Below, piece by piece: positions 1-6,806 of a stretch of 24,877 bases of DNA. The position numbers were made by a program, and so were the translations under genes. Position 1 is the first letter of the stretch, and each line of letters starts with the position of its first letter. The stretch comes from a virus (lineage: Duplodnaviria; Heunggongvirae; Uroviricota; Caudoviricetes), in IMG/VR virus record IMGVR_UViG_3300042894_008610; one strand, written 5' to 3'. The notes under the pieces are model-generated. The model ran no database searches. It saw nothing but the letters and a program-made list of their open reading frames with translations, and was not told the DNA's origin.

Positions 1-673
1 GACTAACAATGTATTCATCACCGTCAATAACAATTTCACCTCTTACAGAAACTTTATTAGAATCTCGGAACCTGTTAAAGATTTCTTCAGCCTTTTGAGT
101 TTTGGATGTTGTGTTGAAAAACAAAAACATCAATAAATCTACAGTTAATACTGTCTTACCACCAAAGTTTGGTGGGTCTGATTCCACAACCGTAATACCA
201 TTACATTTTTCAAAATCCAAAACTTGATTGTCCCCATAACTTAGAAAGTTTGAAAAATGTATTTTCTTAATGAACCATTTTTTGAATGGTGTTAGTTCAA
301 CATCTTCAACCAACAATTTATTATCAACCGCACCATCAATAGAAATTATTGAGTCATACAAATCCATAGAACCTTTAGACTCCAACATACTTTTAATAAG
401 TTCTCGTTGGTAGTTCTTATCCATAATATTGAAAGACACGTCAACTGTTTGAGTAACTTCTTCAGATTGTTTACTCTTTGTAATAACGTTAACGTTGGTT
501 GTGTTATACTTTTTAGTGAAGTATTGTTTAACACTTTTAATTCTTTCTTGAGTAAAGTTCTCGGGCGTATCTTCCCATATAACTTGTACGTATGGATTTT
601 CGTATTCTTCTATTTTAATTTTTTTAGGCATATTTTTGTAATCAAATAATTTTGGTGGGTTGAATAAGTCCAT
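1..673 (-). CDS. sbcC: Rad50/SbcC/gp46-like ATPase, N-terminal part (runs off the window edge), with a ~130-aa N-terminal extension
   Basis: Not in the ORF track because it has no stop in the window. Hand translation from ATG 673 (overlaps the upstream TAA as TAATG; alternative ATG at 631): MDLFNPPKLFDYKNMPKKIKIEEYENPYVQVIWEDTPENF...KKWFIKKIHFSNFLSYGDNQVLDFEKCNGITVVESDPPNFGGKTVLTVDLLMFLFF. The IKKIxFxNFLSYG strand and the N-x-x-GKT P-loop are typical of Rad50/SMC N-termini. An Mre11-like gene lies nearby. Confidence 0.85.
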   Translation of the reverse strand, partial: MDLFNPPKLFDYKNMPKKIKIEEYENPYVQVIWEDTPENFTQERIKSVKQYFTKKYNTTNVNVITKSKQSEEVTQTVDVSFNIMDKNYQRELIKSMLESKGSMDLYDSIISIDGAVDNKLLVEDVELTPFKKWFIKKIHFSNFLSYGDNQVLDFEKCNGITVVESDPPNFGGKTVLTVDLLMFLFFNTTSKTQKAEEIFNRFRDSNKVSVRGEIVIDGDEYIVS

Positions 674-879
674 TATCCTTGAATTCCGCTGAATCCTGTG
701 GTTCCGCTATTTTGTACGTCACCTTCTTGTTCTTGTTGTTTAAGAGCGTTTTCTCTCAAGTCAGCTAAATACTTTTGCATTTGCTCGTTCATCATTTTTT
801 GATAAGCGTTCTGAGCCGCTTTAATTTGTTGGTTGCGAGCAGCAACCTTTTTACGATGTTCTTTTGCTTTTTTTCCCAT
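673..879 (-). CDS. Small basic/helical hypothetical protein (68 aa)
   Basis: Fills the gap in the minus-strand operon; its stop overlaps the next ATG. Lys/Arg-rich N-terminus, Gln-rich helix. Confidence 0.7.
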   Translation of the reverse strand: MGKKAKEHRKKVAARNQQIKAAQNAYQKMMNEQMQKYLADLRENALKQQEQEGDVQNSGTTGFSGIQG

Positions 880-884
880 TTTAA

Positions 885-1220
885 TTAATTTCTGTGTTCA
901 AACCATTCTACAATGGAGTTAATTGCCCAAACACCACCTGAAGCTAATAGTCCATCAAAGAACCAAGAGATTTTAATTGGTGTCATAAAAAAGGCGTTAA
1001 TTGGAGAGAAGATAGTCAATCCCAAGAAGAATCCCACCCAAGTGCTAGTACACATCATACAAGCAATCAAACCTGACAAGAATTTCCCAATGAATTGGAA
1101 CGGAGCATAATCATTACCTCCCCATTTATGAATTCCTTCACGCAAACCGCTGAAGATACTTCCGAAAACTAAAATTTGACTAAATCCATAAGCCAAAAGT
1201 AACCAAGTTAATAACAACAT
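885..1220 (-). CDS. Membrane protein with a CxxC motif (DUF1360-like)
   Basis: Hydrophobic segments and the motif GLIACMMCTSTWVGFF, resembling the C-x2-C-x-S-x-W core of DUF1360 as I recall it. Confidence 0.6.
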   Translation of the reverse strand: MLLLTWLLLAYGFSQILVFGSIFSGLREGIHKWGGNDYAPFQFIGKFLSGLIACMMCTSTWVGFFLGLTIFSPINAFFMTPIKISWFFDGLLASGGVWAINSIVEWFEHRN

Positions 1221-1227
1221 ATTTTTT

Positions 1228-2121
1228 TTATTTATAAAGTTTATCGTCTAAATTAGAACCTCTTAAATATAACGCTTTTTTTTCATCTTGTAACCTCATA
1301 AGTTCAGAAATCTTACTTTCAAGTTCAACTATTTTAGAATCTTTATCCAAAATATTTTGTCTTAATTTTACAAGAGTATCTTGTAGTTTCTTACTATTAT
1401 CGTTATCAGACTGTTTTTCAATGTAAACTTCTTTTACAATTTCAACTGGTGGTTTGTCTAAAACTTCGTCTAAACTACGTCTAAGTTCATCTAGTTCTTC
1501 ATCCTTTTTAGACATTTTATCGTGGAAAATATTTTCCATTTCTGTCGTTTTAGTGGAAAATATTTGTAGTTTACCCTCAGTTTCTGTTAGTTTAGTGGAA
1601 AATTTTTGTTTTTCAGTTTCCAACTGTTGTATTTTTAACAACAGTTCAGTTCTCTCAATATCCAACTTTTCAATTTTACCACCAAGTTCCTTCACCTGTT
1701 CGTCATCGGTTATGTAAACTTCTTTTTCAACTACTCTGTCTACAGGTACCTCTTTGACAACTTCTTTGATAACAACTTTTTCAACAGGGATTTCCCTGAT
1801 AACTTCCACAGGAACTTCCACAGTAACTTCCACAGGAACTTCCACAGTAACTTCCACAGGAACTTCCTTGATGACCTCAATTTCCTTGATTACTTCAACC
1901 TCTTTAATGACTTCAACGGGAATTTCCACCCGTTTTTCTCGGATTACCTCCTTTTCCACCCATTTTTCTTGTTCTCCACCCATTTTACCCAAAAGACCAT
2001 ATCTCTGAATATCAAACCCCTGTTTGAAGCTATCTTGCACAAACTTGTTGATATCTGTGATTCCATTCATCATACAGAAATCGTAAATCTCTTTGGTATT
2101 TTTAAGTTGGACTGAATACAT
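1228..2121 (-). CDS. Val/Glu/Pro-repeat (alveolin/articulin-like) plus coiled-coil protein (297 aa)
   Basis: Repeats such as EVIKEVPVEVTVEVPVEV and VEKEVYI, followed by heptad-rich helices. Its ATG overlaps the stop of the nuclease gene. Confidence 0.75.
   Translation of the reverse strand: MYSVQLKNTKEIYDFCMMNGITDINKFVQDSFKQGFDIQRYGLLGKMGGEQEKWVEKEVIREKRVEIPVEVIKEVEVIKEIEVIKEVPVEVTVEVPVEVTVEVPVEVIREIPVEKVVIKEVVKEVPVDRVVEKEVYITDDEQVKELGGKIEKLDIERTELLLKIQQLETEKQKFSTKLTETEGKLQIFSTKTTEMENIFHDKMSKKDEELDELRRSLDEVLDKPPVEIVKEVYIEKQSDNDNSKKLQDTLVKLRQNILDKDSKIVELESKISELMRLQDEKKALYLRGSNLDDKLYK
1801..1867 (+). repeat. 12-bp tandem repeat (aacttccacag[g/t]) x5.5, encoding PVEV/TVEV
   Basis: Read directly: units start at 1801, 1813, 1825, 1837, 1849 and alternate g/t at the last base; partial unit at 1861. 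Confidence 0.95.
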
Positions 2122-2903
2122 TACCCTGCGTTTACCAATCTTTCAGACCCTTCAACAAGGTCATCATAAGAACTAATTTTAAATGCCAAAAATGGTTTAG
2201 GATTTGGTAGGTCAATAAACGTATATTCATCTTTTTTAACCTCGTAGACACCATATCCGTGTTTAGTTAATGTCTCACCAAAGTTTTGTTGAATCGTAGA
2301 CCCTACCATATAAGCCTTCTTTTTACCAGGAATATCAAACACTTGTCTTTTATGGATATCACCACAAAGAACTAGGTCACACCCTTTGAATTTAGAAGAG
2401 TCGAACCCATCTTCAAACTTGTATCCAATATCTGTAGATAAACCAACTACAGGTCCGTGGAACAACCCAATCTTAACCCTATCACTCTTTTCAATGTCAG
2501 GCGGGATGTTATGGTCCATCAATGAATATACCACCCAATCAATGTTTTCATCTTCATACACACCCCTGTTTTTATAATAAACAATTTCAGGATTATTCAA
2601 TGAATCGATAATAGGTGTCAGAGCGTCTAATCTTGACTGGTTGTTTTCAAGGAAGTCGTGGTTACCGATTATCAAAACTGTTTTAGCAATTTTAGAACAC
2701 TCGGTAAGTGTCCAAGCAACCATATCAATAAGCTCAGGTGTCATTTGGTTCTTAGAATGCACCAAATCACCCGTAAAGACAATCCTGTCAGGATTCAATG
2801 CTCTCCACTCATCAAATGCTTTTGCCAGAATGGATTTATACAATTCGTGGTCTTTAAACAAACGAATATGTAAATCAGAAAAGTGAATTAATCTGTTTAT
2901 CAT
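2121..2903 (-). CDS. sbcD: Mre11/SbcD/gp47-like metallophosphoesterase nuclease (short, 260 aa)
   Basis: All five phosphoesterase motifs: HFSDLH, FTGDLVH, IGNHD, LFHG, CGDIH. Same operon as the Rad50-like gene. Confidence 0.85.
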   Translation of the reverse strand: MINRLIHFSDLHIRLFKDHELYKSILAKAFDEWRALNPDRIVFTGDLVHSKNQMTPELIDMVAWTLTECSKIAKTVLIIGNHDFLENNQSRLDALTPIIDSLNNPEIVYYKNRGVYEDENIDWVVYSLMDHNIPPDIEKSDRVKIGLFHGPVVGLSTDIGYKFEDGFDSSKFKGCDLVLCGDIHKRQVFDIPGKKKAYMVGSTIQQNFGETLTKHGYGVYEVKKDEYTFIDLPNPKPFLAFKISSYDDLVEGSERLVNAG

Positions 2904-3109
2904 TCTGGCATTGCAAATTCAGGATTTATATGTCCACAAGCATCACACTTGTAGATTGGGAAGGGTACGATAGAATCGTTTGCCGAACCTGTAAGTAGTT
3001 TACTCACTTTCTTGAAAGAGAGGACTTCTTGGAAGGTTTCATTTTCGCAGGCATCACATTTAATTGTTTCTGCGTCTTTAAGACTAATTTGTGGTCGTAA
3101 ATCGTTCAT
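2900..3109 (-). CDS. Zinc-ribbon protein (69 aa)
   Basis: Two CDAC (CxxC) motifs about 33 aa apart; 4-nt overlap with the next gene. Confidence 0.75.
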   Translation of the reverse strand: MNDLRPQISLKDAETIKCDACENETFQEVLSFKKVSKLLTGSANDSIVPFPIYKCDACGHINPEFAMPE

Positions 3110-3110
3110 A

Positions 3111-3983
3111 TTATTTGTTTAATTGTAAATTTAGTTTAGTTATTAAGTTACTCAAGGATTCATTAGCCATTCTAACAAGGTCTGAGTCCAATTCTTGTCC
3201 AGCAGCAATTGCAATGTTTTTTTGGATACTACTTAAGTCAATATTTTTGATTGTGTTAACCATCTTGTTAATGTCTTGTTTTGCTCTTCTTTTTCTGAAC
3301 TCTTTAGCACATTCAACACGGTAAAGAGTTATACAGGTCATCACATCATCCCATTCCCATCCATTTGATACTAGCGTTGAATCATTAACAGTTATGTCTG
3401 AAGGGTTGTAAATACTCACTTCACCACCCATAGGATTAGAAGTTTCCTCATTGAATAATGCAAATTTAGAATAGTTTCCTGAAACTTCTTTTTTAGAAAT
3501 TACATACACTAAAAAACCATTTTTCACGTAACGATTAAATGTTGATTCATTGGTTTTAGATGCCGTACACCATCTTGTTGCCGCACCATACTTAAGGGAA
3601 CCTTTGTGAGTTAAAGGTTGTAACATAAGTAAATTTTCATTCTCCCAAAGAACTCTAATATGAGCATCTCGGTCAAATGTTTTTTCTTCGTGTTTTAAAA
3701 TGGCGTCTTCAACAGTTTTTTTCAATGTATCAAAATTTTGGTACATTGGATTGTAAATGTCCTTAACCTCTATGTAATTTTGATACAACTCAAAACTTCT
3801 AACTAAATTAATTAGTGTTTCTGATGTAAAGTTTTTACCAATTTTTTTCTTATTAGCCCATACTTTTAAAAGAAATGGTAAATATTTGTGTGTGCTGGTA
3901 TTATCCGCAGCACGAAATTTATTAAAAATACCAGCACTTACGTTACTACTATAAGTCTTCCACAATTCATCTACTTTCGACAT
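3111..3983 (-). CDS. Hypothetical protein (290 aa) with an SLKYGAATRWC motif; probably an early gene
   Basis: Long ORF directly downstream of a host-type promoter at 3998-4029. No catalytic family recognised. Confidence 0.75.
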   Translation of the reverse strand: MSKVDELWKTYSSNVSAGIFNKFRAADNTSTHKYLPFLLKVWANKKKIGKNFTSETLINLVRSFELYQNYIEVKDIYNPMYQNFDTLKKTVEDAILKHEEKTFDRDAHIRVLWENENLLMLQPLTHKGSLKYGAATRWCTASKTNESTFNRYVKNGFLVYVISKKEVSGNYSKFALFNEETSNPMGGEVSIYNPSDITVNDSTLVSNGWEWDDVMTCITLYRVECAKEFRKRRAKQDINKMVNTIKNIDLSSIQKNIAIAAGQELDSDLVRMANESLSNLITKLNLQLNK

Positions 3984-3997
3984 AATAATATTTTTTT

Positions 3998-4029
3998 CAA
4001 AGATAAGAATTAAACCTTAGTATGACAAA
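3998..4029 (-). promoter_or_regulatory. Bacteroidota primary-sigma promoter TTTG-N20-TATCTTTG
   Basis: Minus strand: TTTG at 4029-4026, 20-nt spacer, TATCTTTG at 4005-3998, 14 nt before ATG 3983. Matches the established -33/-7 Bacteroidota consensus. Confidence 0.8.
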
Positions 4030-4890
4030 CTATCCAAGGATATTTTTCATATCCATATTAAGAACTGTATTGATAACATCTTTAGGGACACGGTATTCTT
4101 GGTAATCCCCATCATCTTTGAGTAATACCACAATACTACCCAACAACTTCATATCACCATACTTTGTACCTTCCAACATCTTTAACAATAGTTTACCGTA
4201 GAAAGGTAACTGAAGATAGTAGTGTCCCAAAGCATTATTAGGATATAAGTCAAATGGATGATACATTGTCTTGGTAAACTTATTGGTTTCAAAATTCTTC
4301 TGTTTATTTGTTTTCCAATCAGTAACCAAGAAACCAATTTCAGTGCCAGTCGCATTAAGTGTTAACCATACTTTGTCACCTTGTCCTGTATAACCAAGTT
4401 CAGGATGACCCAAGACAACTTCAGTATCCAATAATACCAATCCTCTGTCGTCACATAAATCCAAATATTTGTGACCAGCACGAATCATACTTTCACTTCT
4501 AGCTTCAGAAAAAATATCACACTCAAAGACAGGTTGTCTAACTTCTTTGGTAAGTCCAAAACGAGACAAAGCCTCAACTTCCAAATGATAGTGTGTTCTA
4601 CTACCCAAGTTAGTGGATTCGTCTGCCAACATCTTCCACTCTTCTTTTAATCTTTCGGCTTCTTTATAATCACCTTTCGCCTTCTTAAGTGCCGCCTCTT
4701 CTGTCGGGAACTCCTCGTAAAAGTTTTTCAGAAGTTTTGATACCGATGGGAAATCAGAACGTAATTCCCCATCAAGACCTTTCATATTATATTTGTGATT
4801 ATCCTCAAAAAACTCAAGTCCAAATTCTTTTCTTTTATCGTCCAAAATTTGACGAATTTCTTCAGCAGCAATTTTTAAATCTAACATCAT
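4030..4890 (-). CDS. PD-(D/E)XK superfamily exonuclease (RecB/lambda-exonuclease/Cas4-like fold, no Fe-S cysteine set)
   Basis: Motifs DTEVVLG...GYTGQGDK...VTDWKT...YYLQLPFYG; N-terminal FFEDNHKY...PSVSKLL is typical of stand-alone phage PD-(D/E)XK nucleases. Confidence 0.8.
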   Translation of the reverse strand: MMLDLKIAAEEIRQILDDKRKEFGLEFFEDNHKYNMKGLDGELRSDFPSVSKLLKNFYEEFPTEEAALKKAKGDYKEAERLKEEWKMLADESTNLGSRTHYHLEVEALSRFGLTKEVRQPVFECDIFSEARSESMIRAGHKYLDLCDDRGLVLLDTEVVLGHPELGYTGQGDKVWLTLNATGTEIGFLVTDWKTNKQKNFETNKFTKTMYHPFDLYPNNALGHYYLQLPFYGKLLLKMLEGTKYGDMKLLGSIVVLLKDDGDYQEYRVPKDVINTVLNMDMKNILG

Positions 4891-5805
4891 CTATTTTATT
4901 TCGTAATAATACTCGTCAATTTTACCCCCCAAGTCACATACGTCCTTGTCTTTAGGTAATTTCAAAATTTTAATTTTATCATATAACACACCACCATTTA
5001 AAGTGTGATATAGTTTAAGTGCGTTACTCCAAGCGTCACCATCCAAACATATGTGAATATAACCCTGAACATTATTGTATAGTTTTTCAAACAACAAATT
5101 TGAAAGGTGTTTACCTAACATTGGGATTGGATTTGGTAGGAAGAACGCGTCAAACACACCTTCACATAGATACACATCTTTGGTCCAATCAATCCTACTT
5201 TCGTTGAAGATTATTTCATCTTTTGGTACCGCAGGGTTTTTATACTTCATCTTTTTATTTGCCCAAGCTCGTCCAACAAAATAATTCAACTGACCGTTCA
5301 TATCAAATGAGGGAACAATAATACGATATGCGTAATCACCGCTTACGGTATAACCAATATCATACTTATCAATCATCTCATCAGTAATACCACGGGAGTG
5401 TAAGTAATTTAATGCTTCTCTGTGTGGAATAAATCTTGAGTTAGAGTCTTTGAATTTAACAAACCCCTCAGGTAAACGTAACTTAACTTTTGGTTTTTCA
5501 TCCTCCCCTTCTTTTTTTGGTCTGATTAACTCAAAAATCTGTTTTTGTTTTTTGGTTGCGAACTGGTCAAATAGTTTACCCAACGCTCCTTGAGTTCCAT
5601 AGGTTTCGGAACAAGCCCAACATTTGTATACACCTATGTTATAGTTAATTTCTAAGTTACCTTTACCATCTCCCTTGTCTAACCCTTTCTCCATAGAGCA
5701 AACGGGACAGTCGAAAGATATTTGACCTTTCGACTCGTAATGAAGTTTCTCCTTTCCTAAGAAATCTTTAAGTAACTCAACTATAACTTCAGATTCTTCA
5801 CTCAT
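4891..5805 (-). CDS. DNA primase, T4 gp61/DnaG-like (Cys4 zinc finger plus TOPRIM)
   Basis: CPVC...CWAC zinc finger, RIIVPSFDMNGQLNYFVGR, YKNP, TOPRIM CEGVFD and LDGD (DxD). Confidence 0.9.
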   Translation of the reverse strand: MSEESEVIVELLKDFLGKEKLHYESKGQISFDCPVCSMEKGLDKGDGKGNLEINYNIGVYKCWACSETYGTQGALGKLFDQFATKKQKQIFELIRPKKEGEDEKPKVKLRLPEGFVKFKDSNSRFIPHREALNYLHSRGITDEMIDKYDIGYTVSGDYAYRIIVPSFDMNGQLNYFVGRAWANKKMKYKNPAVPKDEIIFNESRIDWTKDVYLCEGVFDAFFLPNPIPMLGKHLSNLLFEKLYNNVQGYIHICLDGDAWSNALKLYHTLNGGVLYDKIKILKLPKDKDVCDLGGKIDEYYYEIK

Positions 5806-5809
5806 TTTA

Positions 5810-6178
5810 TCAGTTTAATTTGAGTTTCCACTCTACTTTTTTTATGATGAAACTCCACTGGTTTATCCCAAATAACTCAATGTCCTTTCTTATTGCGTAT
5901 TCCGCACATCTTCTAATCATTTTATTGAGTTTAACTTTAGAAATGTTGTGTGTAACTAAAATCTCAGACGTTAACCATTCAGAGTATCTGTTGTCAAGTC
6001 TGGCAAAGATTACTCCGTCGAAGATGATATCGATTTCATACACGTGAGGTCCGCCCTCATTGTATTTACGGACTTTTTTAACCTTTAAGGAACCATTGAT
6101 TTTGTCATAGACACTGAAAGGATATGATGCCATAACCTTGTTCAAGTAAGAAATGTGAGTGTCTTTGACCATTTTCAT
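5810..6178 (-). CDS. Hypothetical protein; start more likely ATG 6178 (or 6172) than the track's GTG 6193
   Basis: The track's first codons (GTG TAT CTT TGT) coincide with the -7 promoter element at 6190-6183, so they are unlikely to be translated from that transcript. Confidence 0.65.
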   Translation of the reverse strand: MKMVKDTHISYLNKVMASYPFSVYDKINGSLKVKKVRKYNEGGPHVYEIDIIFDGVIFARLDNRYSEWLTSEILVTHNISKVKLNKMIRRCAEYAIRKDIELFGINQWSFIIKKVEWKLKLN

Positions 6179-6182
6179 AGTA

Positions 6183-6213
6183 CAAAGATACACATATTTT
6201 TTAAATTACCAAA
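6183..6213 (-). promoter_or_regulatory. Bacteroidota primary-sigma promoter TTTG-N19-TATCTTTG
   Basis: Minus strand: TTTG at 6213-6210, 19-nt spacer, TATCTTTG at 6190-6183, then TACT-ATG at 6178. Confidence 0.8.
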
Positions 6214-6805
6214 ATTTTTCTTGTTTCATAAATCCTAACACACAAGTATATGAGTCACTCATATCAAAGTTTTCCTTTTTAAGTGTGTTGTTTCTGGTGT
6301 ATAACCAAGTGATTTGAGGTTCTCGTTTGGCAACCATATCCCAAATGACTTCTTTCTTATCAATCGTTTTTGGGTACCCCCCAAATAATACAAACTTACC
6401 CTTATCATTCTTTTGTACCAATTCAGGGAATGCACATTTACGAGCATTATAAGTAGATATCAACTCAGGTACAATACCAAACACATCATATACATCTTTA
6501 CAGATAAGTGTGTTGTATCTCATAAGAGTTCCAACAGTGTAAACGTTATTTGAGTTTAATAGTGGTTCTTCAATAATGACTTTGGTGATACCAAGATTTT
6601 GATACTCCATAAGTTTTTCTTTAAAAATTATACTTTTGGTAATCAACTCTTCAATCTTATTTTCAGATTTTGGTTTTGGTTGAGGGGATAAGTGAGTAAG
6701 TTCTAATAGTTGTTGAGTTTGGATATCGAACAATGCGAATCCAATAGTTTTCGTACTAACATCTAAACCTAATACTTTAGGAGAATTTTTTTGAAGTTTT
6801 GCCAT
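6206..6805 (-). CDS. RuvC-like (RNase H fold) Holliday junction resolvase
   Basis: VLGLDVSTKTIGFALFD (first catalytic Asp), IIEEP (Glu), C-terminal DMSDSY (DxxD). Confidence 0.8.
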   Translation of the reverse strand: MAKLQKNSPKVLGLDVSTKTIGFALFDIQTQQLLELTHLSPQPKPKSENKIEELITKSIIFKEKLMEYQNLGITKVIIEEPLLNSNNVYTVGTLMRYNTLICKDVYDVFGIVPELISTYNARKCAFPELVQKNDKGKFVLFGGYPKTIDKKEVIWDMVAKREPQITWLYTRNNTLKKENFDMSDSYTCVLGFMKQEKFW

Positions 6806-6806
6806 A

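Noticed and set aside
346-649. Track ORFs 346-534 (-) and 407-649 (+)
   Set aside because: They overlap the real Rad50-like frame (ATG 673/631), which the track missed because it has no stop in the window.
1229-1236. T4-type late promoter TATAAATA on the minus strand 8 nt before ATG 1220
   Set aside because: Explained by the upstream gene's final codons TAT AAA TAA; no other correctly oriented copy was seen before a gene.
1454-2008. Plus-strand Ser/Thr-rich ORFs 1454-1717 and 1754-2008
   Set aside because: Antisense shadows of the Glu/Val/Lys-rich minus-strand gene.
4030-4890. Cas4 / CRISPR adaptation gene
   Set aside because: No four-Cys Fe-S motif and no cas genes or array nearby; a generic PD-(D/E)XK nuclease in a replication block.
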